From NCBI GenBank assembly GCA_030141605.1, contig JAQGDQ010000111.1, positions 124,001-188,000 on the forward strand: a stretch of DNA of 64,000 nt, in the 5' to 3' direction. The stretch is from Tubiluchus corallicola. Its lineage: Eukaryota; Animalia; Priapulida. Of this stretch, positions 22,846-35,800 are shown one piece after another (position 1 is the stretch's first letter; every line of letters starts with the position of its first letter). A program made the translations under genes and the position numbers. Under the pieces are notes generated by a model. That model was given only the letters and a program-made list of their open reading frames with translations. It made no database searches and had not been told where the DNA came from.

Positions 22846-25800
22846 ACTTATGTACATGGCTAAAATATTTTTGCTAGTTCAACATTTCTTAAGAATTATC
22901 TTGATTATGAATAGGTTACGGTGCTGTCACAAGTACTCAGTGTCTACCTTAAGTAGGCGTATAATGAGTGTTGAATATGCCACTGATTGTTAGGTATAAG
23001 CTTGAATGTCTAACTGTGTAAAACGTACTACAAACATAATTTCGTAGCCGCTATTTTTAACTGTAAGTGACATTTTTAGCTTTTTTGTCTTTTTTGGAGT
23101 AAAATAAATCAATAAGTAGACCATCTTTATGTGTCTGTATAGCTAGTATATAGCCATTGCAGGTTAAAATACAATAGCCTTCTCTCAACGGCAGCTGTAC
23201 CTACCAACAGTAGCATTATTTATTTTAAAGGCGACACACAAACCAGTTTTCCCCGCAGAAGAAAACATCTGTCAGCATTTTGCTTACAGCTAGCAGCATC
23301 GGTAAACAATACATAGAGTAAACATGTCACCTAGGCAACCGCCACCCGTGGTATCCCTTCAAAAAATGCTTTTGTTTGTTGTGAGCACAGTTGCTCCAAT
23401 AGGTATTACCCCGATTTACCCGAGTAGGTGACGAGGATAGATTATCGATTGAAAGTTGTCTTTGTTTAGATGCTTTTTCCTAAGCTGCAAGTGTAAATAT
23501 AATTTTATTGATTTCTCTCTATCGCAGTGCAAGGCCATGCAAGTGAATGCGCTGTTAATTTTATTGCAGTCGATTGCAGCGTTTCTGTGGGATTTGCTCG
23601 CACGTTCGATTTTTTTTTGATGAATGTTCTGCGATTTATGCCTAGTTTTGTGTAATTTGAGGATGAACCCTTTCTGCTGTATTTTAGCTTAGCTAGAGCC
23701 AACTAGTTAATGTTTTGAGAACTGTTGACACTCGTTTTATTTTATGCAGGCATCAAATCGGACTTCTTCTCTGTGGAATTCTCTGACTGTTCTGAGAAGT
23801 TGTCTGTATATTAATTCCAGTCAAGAAGAATGTTAACAGATTCCTATCACTAGCAAATTAGTTACATAAGAATTCTCTTGAGACTACTTGTCTGTGCCTG
23901 TTTTTTTTGTAGATAATATAGATCTGAACATGTTAAAGCAAGCACAGGGATTAATTTATTGCTATAAACTACGTACGCACATACACACATAGGCTATTTA
24001 CGTTAGCAGATAAAATAAAATAAGAGTATTAATAAGTTTACTTTAAAATAGATTTACTCCGACACACAGAACATAATTAGTTATAAATAGTCAATGTGCT
24101 AAAACCAAGAGAAGTGGGGAATCTTGCAGCGAGATTGCGAGAATTTTAAAACTCACCATTACCTCCGGAAGTGGACTCGAACCGGTTGTTTGGTGTGTCG
24201 TGCATTCCTGTCGGCAGTGGTCAGGCGATCATACTTGTGATTAAGTTTTCGCTGTGCATTGTGAACATTTTTTAACCACCGCCATCGCTGCTGTGTGCCT
24301 GTGGTTTTTGAGGCGACAACAATAGCGCATGTTGCTATTATGCGCGATTTCTAAAGCCAAACGGTTGATAATTTTTTGACAAGTGCGCAATTTTCTAACC
24401 TCTATAGCTGCGCTTTCATCTGCATCGCATTGGCCGCCTCTTCTGCTTCTGTTTGTGCTCTTGTGTGGAATAATGCTGATGTTGTTCTCATGTAAATAAT
24501 AACAGCGTGGTTGAGAAAGGGGGAAGGCACAGATGGAGAAGGTTGAATGACTTTTGTATGCCTAGCCTAATTGCGCTGTTTGCAAGAAAAAAACAAGCTA
24601 AATTAAATTGGCTATAGAAAGCCTATTAGTTTCAATTTGAATGATTTTTTTATGCTAAGTAAACCAAAGGCAAATAAATGATTAGTTTTATACTTGCATG
24701 TATATTTTGAAAAGAATGAAGTGTAATTACTGTGTAAGCATTTAACTGACTCACAACTAATGCTGTTTTAAATAGTGATACTGTATTCTGTACTTTTTGC
24801 GTTGCATTTCTCTTCTGTTTTCGTTTTTGTTTTGGGTTGCATATTTTCTGCTTCTTTTATAATACTGTTATCTTCACAAATGTGAAAAAGTACTGTCAAG
24901 TTTTACAGATTTTTTTACTTTTTTCTTTTGTTAGTTTACAATAGTAGTCACTAGTAGGTACTAGTAGTATACAACGATTAACTGAAATGTTTTTTATTAA
25001 TTATTCCATTTTTCATCATTATAATATTGATTGATCGTAGAGTAGGAAAGGCTACTTTGTTAGAGAATTAACTTTGTGATTCTTAAAATATTTAATGTTA
25101 ACTTGTAAAATATTCATTAACATCATTTTGAATTGCTTGTTTACCCTTTCATGTGTAGTTACTGTAAAAATTGTTTAGAAATAGAAGTAGAATTAGAGAA
25201 GCACACTGTACAAAAATCAAAACTGTTATTATGAGCACTATATAGTTTTATCACCTTTTGTTGATAGATGGCGCCACCACCCAAACAGCTCCAGGTGTTA
25301 GAAATCGAATTAGATTGATCGCACCTGTGATCTGATGTGGTTATGCTCTTTTGTGCTTTATTATGTAACTAAGCCGAAATAATTACTCGATACTAAACTA
25401 GCAGATGAAACACAATCTCATTTTCTTTGCCTGTTGGATCACTTGGATGTGTCCTAATAAAAATATTTTTAAGGGCTGATTATAACACCAGAAGTTGAAA
25501 GCTGTTCTCAAATTGTACGAACTACCTTTGAATTCTTTGTACTACTAGTCTTGTTTGAAGTTCATAATTTCCAGAAGTTGAAACGGGCTTCAGCGCTTTT
25601 AGAGAACGACTATGCGTTTTCGAATTGCTGAACGCCTGTCGCTCCATCTACAGGCGAGAATAATTTACACCGCCGTACAGCAAGAGGTCAAGTTTGCTTG
25701 TGTTTTGCTTGCTAGCTCTGTTTTCGTCTTTTCTTTAATCAAAAATGAATAGAATAAATTGGTTAAATTTAAAATTTTTGCCCGCATCCCATCTGGTAAT

Positions 25801-26625
25801 TTGACTGACGTAAAGATAACAGCATTGGCGTTGTAGACATAAACAACAAGGAATTGTTTATGTTGTGTTTTGCATTGTTTACGCTTCGTGCAGGAAGCGC
25901 TCCGAAACTGAAAAAGCGACGGTGCGCCTAAAACAAACAAATATCCTCGCAGCGGCGCAACATGTGCAATCCTGAGGAATTCTTAACTCTTTGGCCTGCT
26001 GTTTTGTTACCTTGTTTGTGTTGTTTATTTTAGATAGGCGGTCGTACTTTGGAGTGCACAAGCTGTTTTTATCAATATCAGCCATGCAAGGGTAGCTTGT
26101 CCTTTTTTGCTCTAACTGTTAGTGCACTCGTTGGTTGTTCTTGAACTAAATAATCAAGATCTCTGTGGCATTTCTATGAGTTTTCTCGCACTTGTAGGCC
26201 TATCCAGCTGAAAATTTAGCAAAGTGAAATTGTAGAGTAATTATGTATGTAGATTTACTACGTTGCGTTTTGTTGTGATGATTTGATATTATAATGCAAT
26301 GTGATGGAGAGATTATGCTCGTGATGAAGAAAATGCTAAGAATGAAAGTTCTTCACGCCTTAAATGTTCTATTTTTTTCTGATTTGTGGCTCAAAAGGGG
26401 TAACTATGATGGTGAAGATGTCGTTGATGGTGATCAGGACGATGGTGATGATTATTTTGACAACAGTGGTGCCAACGGTGACCGCAAGAGTGAAATTTGA
26501 TGATGATGTTGATGATGGCAATGATGATGTTGATGGGGATTCTAAGAATCCTTTAGCAGCTTAAGCGGTTAACTAAATTGCAGACGAAACATAGTAATTC
26601 AGAATAAAAAGATGGGCTTGGAAGG

Positions 26626-26745
26626 AGTTTACAATTCCCCACACAATTTACCTACCCTAACCCTAACCTTATCCCTAACCCTTATCCTGACTCTAACCCT
26701 AATCCGCTTCACGAACTAATTTCTTGTTTGTGGGAATTGTAAACT
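26626..26745. repeat. Degenerate (CCCTAA)n telomere-like array inside 17-18-bp inverted repeats (MITE-like)
   Basis: AGTTTACAATTCCCCACA ... TGTGGGAATTGTAAACT flank ACCCTAACCCTAACCTTATCCCTAACCCTTATCCTGACTCTAACCCTAA. Confidence 0.7.
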
Positions 26746-28546
26746 TTAGCCATGTTTTTATGTATTATCTGCACATAGACGGTAACGCCATCTACGTCCA
26801 AGTTTTATTACAAGTAAGGAAGAATGGAGCTTTAACATTTTCTTCTCAATAACGCCCAGATATTAGCACCTTTCGAGCTTTGTAGTTTTATTATTCGATT
26901 GCAATGACATCTATTAATGGCTGCTATTATTCAACTGGCGTTAGGAAGTGAAAAACGACGCGCGTTAATCCCACCAATCACAATGCGACGTAATCATTCC
27001 TCAAAACAAGAGAACATGCAGTCATGTTCGCGCCATCATTGCAAACGCGTGCGATGATTTATCTGCGATTTCACGCAAATAATCCGAGTTTTTCAAAACG
27101 TCCGGCGGACGAAATGATCCGGGAATTATCCGGGCCGATCTCGGCAGTCCATAATTCGGGTTGATTTATAGGAATATTTGTTATAAATATGATTATTTTC
27201 TGCAGAGAGAAAAGCTCGTATCGCGAATTGTATGAAAAATGGCGATTAGTAATGCGCTAAGCGCCGTCGATTACAGCCGATTTATATAGATCGGTTTGTA
27301 AGTAGTTGTTAAAAAGTATGAAAGCAAGAAAAATCGACCTCTTAATGTCCCTAAGTGATGGTTTACAAATGGGCAGTTGAATTAAACTTGCTTTACATAC
27401 AGGGCTATCGTGTCGACATCTGAGTTTGGCTAGAGCTGAGCTGTTTTTAATGTTAATGGTATGTTGCCAATAGCCGGGGCCAAGGTTGAAAAGGATAGCT
27501 AACGGTACAGACGAAATGAGGAATGGATTGGAATAAGACAGCCATACTGTCTTCCATATTTTATCATTGTTTTTTCTACTAATCCTTTCACATAAGACCA
27601 GGTGCAGCTTTTAGAAGTCGAACCTTGATTGTCGGAAAGCAGCGTGAAACGGGTTTGAACCAGCGTTCTTTGAATTTGGAAAACTAGAATGCGCTACACT
27701 TCACTACAGTATACCATAATCTGTTAAAACAAAAAGATTCCCCTGTTTTCTAGTTTGAAACTTCGAATTCTGGGTTTGAACTTTTTGAACTTGTTGCTGG
27801 ATTTAGGATAGAGTATCTCTTTTATTTTAAGATACTGCGCCTAAGAATCACACCGTTTTTTATATAAATAATGGGTTTCCTTACTTTCAACAAAGATTTG
27901 AGCGGCGTTGCAATGTCCTAGCCTCCTAGGCCTGGCTAGAACAATCATATTATCTGTGTTTGGCACACCAAAGTGTTGTAGCAAAACTTCTGTTGAAACT
28001 TTAAAGTTGGCTACGTAGATTGACTGAACCACTTGTAGAACCTTCATAGCTGAATTTGTAGAAAGTTTGAAATGGATACTTTTAGACTGAATTATATGGC
28101 TGGTTCACCCTGGTGATTACAGCCAGCGAATAGAAAACTGGATTGAACTGTGAAACACTTTATTTGCTATTTACGCTATTTACTATTGAAAGTAAGACAC
28201 ACATGGTAACAAATCAGCAGAAATCAGAAGAAAAAATCCTAGCGCTAGCCTTCGCAGAGCTAACCAAGTCACATACACCTACTGAGCTTACCTAGTAAAA
28301 CTCACTAGCAATCTTCACTGCCGTATATGGGAAGCCCAGCAGGTACAGGTGACTGAGCAGCATAGACCAAGGCCACAACCTGAATTGCACTTGAGTCAAG
28401 TTACAATAATAAGCAATTTTAAGTATAGGTGGCAGCATATGTTTAATTATTTGGTAGTAGTACTTTCAATTAAAAATCGCAGATGAAAATGTGCGACAAC
28501 TCCACCTACAATAGATCACATACGTGCACCCTGTCCCGGCGTCTTG

Positions 28547-29830
28547 ATGTATGTATGTAGTTTATTGACTAAATCAAATTACATGTATACATGAAGAACG
28601 AGGTAAATGCCACAATCGATACATTAGTGATTTTAGTCCAAATGTCACTTTACGCACATTTTCTACTCAAGGTTACAACAATAAAAACAGTGTTATGCAT
28701 ACAATGTAAAATTTTTTTTAACGAACACAACTGTAAAGCTACAAGCAAAATGCCTATACGCAGAACTGATATACACCATTTATACACTTTATTACACGTC
28801 ATTCACTTCATACTAGTTAGTACGTCAGCATAAAAGTTGCAAATTTCATGACATATTATGTAACAATTCTGGTGCTCAAAGAAGTGAGTTAAGTCAGCAA
28901 AGTTTACATTGTCGTAGCGGTTTCTAATATTAGATGTTAAGGGGCATGTCTGTATAAGGTGTTTCTCAGTTTGAATGTCCCCACAAGGACATAGTCTATT
29001 TTCCCTTGGTTGTCTCGCCCATCTACCCGTTTCTCTCCGCAGCCTATGTGACTGAAGACGCTAAAGGTTTGTGGCCAAAGCATTTCTCATAAGCTTTGCC
29101 TGTATTTTCTGCTGCCTAGACCGTAACCAAACTAAAACAACTGGGTATCCAGGTTCTATTAAAGCAAGGTCGTTTACAGGTAGTCTGTCTGACGCCCAAT
29201 GAAGCCTTGATTAACCCCATATACGTAGAGCAGGGGATATAAGTCCTATTATCAGTATTCCAACTCTGGGAACTGTAGAATATTGCCGTCAACAGCGCAC
29301 AATCTAGGACTCTTTTCTTCACATAATAAGGAAAATCTTTGTTTTTCCTCAAGAAAGCTTAAAACTTCAAAATTGCAACTGCATTCTTTTCTTGCATATG
29401 TTTGACTATTGAATCAGTCTTCCCGTCATCTGTAATAGCAGCTCCTAAATAAACATACGCAGACGTGCGCTTAATTTGGAAATCTGTCATTGTCATAGGC
29501 TGGTCATCCGCTACATCACCGTTTGCCACCATGAACTGAGTCTTAGTATGGTTCATCGTCATCTCATTGTTGTCACAAAATGATTGTAAACACTCCAATT
29601 TTATGTTACATTGTTCACGGTTTGATGCCAATATAACCGTGTCATCCATCATTAGGTATACTTGTGAATCCCCTAACCAACCATTCGTACCAGTGGCCTT
29701 CAATGATGTTATAAGTGGATTGGCATAGATACAGAACAGGATGCATGAGCTCTGAGCACCTTGCTTTATACCGCCATTATAGGCAATTACATTTGTTCCT
29801 AACAAGCTTTTCGTTGAATCAAACATTGAA
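28547..29830 (-). mobile_element. 5'-truncated, frameshifted non-LTR retrotransposon (Proto2/RTE-X-like)
   Basis: RT motifs GIKQGAQSSCILF, LMMDDTVILA, KTQFM and YVYLG (29359-29826); C-terminal SHRLRRETGRW..PRENRLCPCGDIQTEKHLIQTCP zinc knuckle (~28941-29060); AATAAA plus (TACA)n tail at 28547-28566. Confidence 0.88.
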
Positions 29831-30042
29831 CCTATGTTTAGACAAGCCTTTAATGTGATCTTAAGATTTGCTTAGCTTGGGGTATCTAGTGATTTTAAGA
29901 GTTACGCTTGGCGGTATTAAGAGTTACGATTGCATATCTTAATTAGAGGCCATTAATTATTTCACCGTTTATTCATAGGTGTTGTTACTAATCTTAATTG
30001 TTTGATGTTGTATTGCAGATGTGGCTTTGTGGATGATGAACT

Positions 30043-30108
30043 ATGCAAGATCCTCAGTCAGTTGACACATTGCAGACCCAGGTTGCAGCACAGGAGGATG
30101 AAGATGAG
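30043..30108 (+). CDS. Candidate coding part of exon 30019-30108 of the unidentified gene (MQDPQSVDTLQTQVAAQEDEDE)
   Basis: Acceptor tattgcag| at 30018/30019, donor GAG|gtgagg at 30108. ATG at 30043 follows in-frame stops. Phase 0 matches the 37020 exon. Confidence 0.45.
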
Positions 30109-31779
30109 GTGAGGGATGTAATGGAAGTGTGATTAAAAATCGAGGAAAAATATAAAACAATCTGTTAATTATTTATAACCATTTTTTCAAGATTATAATT
30201 AACGACTGAATGAACCACAACGAATAATTTCTTTATAAATCCCAAATTTGACTGAAAGAAATGAAATCTAAAACGGTCGTTCTCCAGGCTTGATTTGAAC
30301 CGGGGACATACGCAGAATACAAGTCCAAAAAAGTGAGCACTATGCACAACGTATACGTTATGATCGTGACAGGACTTTACTTAATTTAATTTTAACAACT
30401 CGCCAACTAAATCAACATTTTCAATTGTTATTTATACTAGTTTCAAATGCAGACTTTAACTGAACCACATAGCACTTTGTGAGGCTCTGAGCCATGGTTG
30501 TGAGAAGTCTTCATTTAAACACAAAAACTCACCAACTTGTACAACATTTCCAGGAGTTAGTTTATTCACACTAGAAAAACTACCAAGTTTCTAGATTAGT
30601 TTTATAATTGTTAGCTATGAAATCTTTACATGTAACATAATTTTTTACTGGTATCACTTTTCTTCTTTTTAATTTTCGACCAAGTACTCAAGACTGAGGA
30701 AATTTGATTGCCGGTCGTATTATATATTTAAACTGTGAACATTAATTTCATTAAACATCGAAAAAGATCGGAAGTTCCAACCTCCATTTGTAGTATCTAT
30801 GGTTGATGAAATTAGAACCATAGTGTAATTATTATTACATGTATTCAATAACAAATCAGAATGATTATTATTATTATGAAAATCTGCGAACTTGGCTGGG
30901 TGTTTTGAACCCTTGTTCACCGCCCTCTAAACTTGTTCTAACTGCAGGTTCTGTGCTTGTCAGATAATAATAACTGTGTTATTTCATCATCTTCTTTTGT
31001 TACTTGATTTGCATACATCAGGTGGAAATAATTACCTAGTGTTGGGATGATGTGTGCGTTGAATATTTTCTATGGTTGTGAAGTTATGACGTGGCGACTG
31101 TGGCGCCTTCAGCGGCGAATTTTAACCAAATGTAAAATTATTAAAGAATTGTGTTCTAAAATTTAGCATGGTGTTACTAAATGCGATGAGCTGATTTGTA
31201 GCCCTAAAGTGAATTGAAGCTATTTGTCAATAGCTCAATGATTACAGTGTATGTTTTGATAAGCAGTGCCAAGTCTGCTTAGTAGATGGCTGAATGACCT
31301 CTTATGAACAGCACGTATCTGCCATAAGGTCTGCCTTCTTCCGTGTATATATTTCTTGTCTTGTATAGGCATGTATGCATTCAAAGAGGCTTAGACATCT
31401 TTGTCGGTTTGATGTTTCATTTTAGATGATTGTCTTTCGTAAAGATTAGTATCCAGTCACGCCACATGCCTAATAAATCAACATTTTCAATTGTTATTTT
31501 GCTCGTACTGGCCTACATAAAGTAGGCCTGCTGAGTTGGTCAGTTTGTAGAATTGGGAATCTTTCGACCTGCATAAAAAAGATCAGGTGATCTTATTTTT
31601 TTATTTTTTTTATTTTGATGGCAGATGAAGCCGCAACAAAAGCTGTTTTCTTTGCCGTCACCCATCGCATCGTTAGCCAGGCTCGGGATTGCTGATGTTC
31701 GTAGCCGAGCACAAACTGTGAATACTCAACTTTCCTCGCTTTATCTGCTATCTATTGAGTTGTTTTGCCTTTTTACATT

Positions 31780-32388
31780 CCGTTTGTTAAAGCAAAACCG
31801 GATGCAATCTTAAATTGTAGGTCAAAATAATGTACTTATCAAAATATTGAAAGGAAACATACTACTTTTTCAAAAATGACTTACGTGAATGAATTATTAC
31901 CACACAAATACAATTTCACGTTCGCGCCACTATTTCTTTGCTGTTACATGCATTTCGTCATTTGCTAGTTAGACGACCACTAGGGCCTGCATTACGGAAA
32001 CGCATTGCACAAAAAACAGAGGCTGCATCTCTCGTTTCAGATGTGTTAATTTGTGACGAACTACACACGTTCGACAGCTCATGCGTGAGCACAGCTGCAA
32101 ATTTGATATTAGAATTTTTATCTTAAAACTTGCCTAGTTTTAGTACAACACACTGAATATCTTACAGTGGCACTGTATTTCAATTTTCGCTTTCGTAAAC
32201 ACGCGCAGCACGCTCGTGGAATATTTTTGCTATTGAAAATTATGTTAGTTTGTGATGTCGTAAATAGTTTGGCTCGACCGCTGTTAATTAAATTTTTAAT
32301 GTATTAGTTAAGTATCAGGAACGCATGTGCAGTATTAATTGTCTTAACATGTATACTTTTACCCTACTTGAAAATTGGGTAGTATATG
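31780..32388. mobile_element. ~600-bp interspersed repeat (copy 2 of 6120-6708)
   Basis: Co-linear with the ALG12 intron 1 copy; ends GTATACTTTTACCCTACTTGAAAATTGGGTAGTATAT. Confidence 0.75.
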
Positions 32389-32814
32389 AAAAATCATCTG
32401 TCTTTCTTTAATGATCTTGTACTGCGTTTTTGGTGTCTACATCTTGCTTGGTTCTCAGTGTTCACATTCGTTTTCTTTCGCTTTCCCTCGGTGTTATTTC
32501 ACAGTGTCAGCTGGATGCACCTAATTTTAACTGGTACAATCATATATACCTAATATGAATTGAAACAATCATACACGTATACACATTTGATTGGTCTTGA
32601 CTGCAGGCTTCACCTATAGATGTGACGAGATGTGATTACCTCCTCGCGATTTAACTCTTTCTTTAAGTGGTAACTCTTTATCATCGGCTCTTTTCTATAA
32701 TCATAGATGACAAATTGTGTTCTATTGGAGCAGATAATGGTTCATTCAGTGCGAGAAAGATGCCAAGAAATCTAGTTATTGCTAATGCTTCTCAATGTAC
32801 TGAGTAAGCCACCA

Positions 32815-32866
<52 letters not shown>

Positions 32867-32890
32867 AGAGAGAGAGAGAAGAGAGAGGAG
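32815..32890. repeat. (GA)n microsatellite
   Basis: Read directly from the sequence. Confidence 0.9.
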
Positions 32891-35800
32891 GAGCAGGAGT
32901 AAGAGTGACAGATGGGTGGGTGATGTATTTAAGTCCAAGAAAACCGTGCATACTTTAGACCATACATTTTTCATCCTTATTTAGGGTGTTTTTAAAAGAA
33001 TCTGGGCACACCTTGATAGCAAAAAGTTGTTGTCAAAACAGAAAACGTAAACAAAGCTGAAACGTTATAAACAATTGTGTTATTGTTACTGTTATCTAAT
33101 GTACTGTATGATAAACAAAACTGTACGTAAACAAAACTGATACTATACTTTATAAACAATTGTGTTACTGTTTTGTACTGTTATGTTGTTTTGTCAAATC
33201 GTAATCGCTGTCTAAAAGAAAATTAAGCTTACGCACCAAGAAGTTTCACTGCAACTTCTTTGAGTTCCTGTCAAGGCCAAAATTTCTGAAAAAAAGATTT
33301 CAGGAAATAGAAAATGGAAGCTACAGCTACACAATGGGTTGTGGTTGTTGTCGTCATCTGTTCACCCCATACCAACCTTTATTCTTTTATAAGCGCATTG
33401 TTTTACACAGTTCAAATTTTTTTAGCAGCACCAGGATCTTAAATTATCGCTTTTAAGCTAGTTTTCTCGTCATACTTATTACCAGCGTCTTTGCTAGTCA
33501 CCCAGTCATGATCGTCTAAACAACACAGGCGATGATTCCGAACAATAATACGAAATCAATGCTAGGAAAATCACGCCGCCGCGGCTTGAGAACTCGCATG
33601 TGGGTCTATTAAGAGTTAAGTACCCTTTGCACATGAAAATAGCATTCGATTATCTATAGGCTCTGCAAAAAGACGAGAGTCGTGGAGAATGCACCGAATT
33701 GTCATCGACGTTGATGTGAGATTGATACCAGGTTTATTTTGCGCGCTTCAATGGTGCGTTTTTGTTGCGTTTTTTGTCAATTTTGGCGGGCTGATCATAG
33801 AGGGACTAGGGAGGGTGTTTGGCGTTTAAACTTGAGACTCCATTAAGGTATCATATTACGACTCGAGTAAATGTGTCACCTGTTTAAGGTTACTATTTGA
33901 GATACAATTTAAAAAAAACTAAAATTAAGTGTGAGGGAATGTTGAATGGTGCTTTGGCAACTGCTAGTGATTTGGACACCCAGTTCGATTTGGCTCCCCC
34001 TGTATTTTTCGCGAAAAACCGAAACTGCTTCAAAACAATTGTCAATAGCATTTTGACGGCGAGTATAGGGTATCAGATAGTGTCTATTGATGATGCAAAC
34101 CAAGGCTGGCTTAAAGAAGACATGTACTCACCTCAAGCAACAGAGTTGAACCGATTTAACGATTCGGAAAGATTTAGAGAAATTGTTGTTACTACAAGTC
34201 TGCTGAGGCATCAAAATTTGCTCTTCATTCTCTCACACACTCGTCGGAATTTAATAAACTTATAGACATGGTTTTGCACATCACGGCAAGCATTTAGTTT
34301 ATGATTAATGTAGGCCAAGGGAGTAAGGCTGTGTCTAGAATTTGTTTGTTAGTTGTTAGGTAATTTGCTTAATGCGTAGCATGTTTAGCCGAGATGAAAT
34401 GAAAATCTTCGTTGAATTATTCGAACATTTTTGGCTGGCTGACCAAAGTGAGAGTTAAAGCAATTCAGGCAATGATTTTTGAGAAGAAACCTGTGAATGG
34501 ACATGAATTATGTGTAAATAACGTAGAATTTAAAAATCACTTTAATAAATTTTAACACTTCTTTGGTAAAAGAGCCGCTAAGTTTAAGTTTTGCGTTTTC
34601 CAAGTTTAATAAAATGTAAATTTTGATTTCAGTATTTTAGGGCAAGGTGAAAGAGCATTATGGGATTATTGTAGGCGCCATGATGTACCATCTTACTGGC
34701 GAGATGTATTTACGCGACCAGCATGTTAAAATTATTATTTTAAAACGTTTTAACCAGCCATCACGTGGTCTATAGTTGTATTATCATTGCAAGCAGCTTA
34801 CGTAATCGGAGCCAGGCAACACAAGTAACCGACGATTTGTTTACCTATCGATTACCATGGCAACCGCACCTGCTATTGATCCGGCTTATTCGTAACAGAC
34901 GCTGTTGACATTGCTCAAGTCGGCGGATTTCAAAATCGACTCGAGTTTTTAACTCCTCGTGCTTATTTGCAAGTTTTCCATGCGTGGAAGTAATTAAGTT
35001 GTGGCCTTGTTTGTTCAAGTATATCTGTCTTAAGGCGTGGGTAAACACAACGCATGTAACGATGTTGTCCCATCCCAGAGTGTGCAATTATATTATCATC
35101 GTCTGTATTTTGACTAGGTATCGAACGATGTGCTTCCTTTTTTAGGAGGAATTGATTAGCCTAATGAGATGGTATGGTGTGCCATCAAGTAAATTAAGCA
35201 GTTTAACTAATCACTTGTCCCTCTCCTAGCTGTAAAAGTCTCTACAGAACTTCATAACTCAAGACAATGTCATAGTCTCAAACTGTACCCGGGACAAAAC
35301 TACTGACTTTCGATTACTTGATCTGTACTGCCAGCCGGAATCCATGACACAACCGCTAGGCCCACGACTGTTGACTTGTTGTGACTAATCGCGTGGATAA
35401 ATCTGTAAAATGAGACTCTAAACAAGTGGTGTCTTAGTCAAATTTAGACGACATCCTCCCTCAATCTATGATCAGGCAAAAAAGTGGCAGATGAAATAAT
35501 CTGAAGCAGTTTTCTCAATGGTCAGCTGTTCGTTACATATTCAGACTGGCATTGCTTAACTATTTTGGCCAGCTGCACGCACTGGTTATTTAGCTATAAC
35601 CCTATCCGTCGTGAGGTTACCCCTGATTCGTGAAGTTTTTATTGAAGACGAGGTGTCAAACTTTGGCTTAGGATGAGTGGAGTAGGTGGAGCAGAGAGAA
35701 TGACCGACAGTAAGACCACTGAGTCACCTCAGAAGTGATCATCAGTCTCGTTGCTGGTCCGATCGACGTTTTCTCTTGCGGGTGCCTCTTGTTTTGTTGA

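Noticed and set aside
26294-26564. Asp-rich ORFs
   Set aside because: Degenerate (GAT)n-type simple repeat without good splice sites; the same applies to 49650-49920.
20585-30108. Selenocysteine read-through of the TG|A formed at the 20587^30019 junction
   Set aside because: That frame reaches another stop three codons into exon 37020, shows no selenoprotein motif, and no SECIS element is visible.
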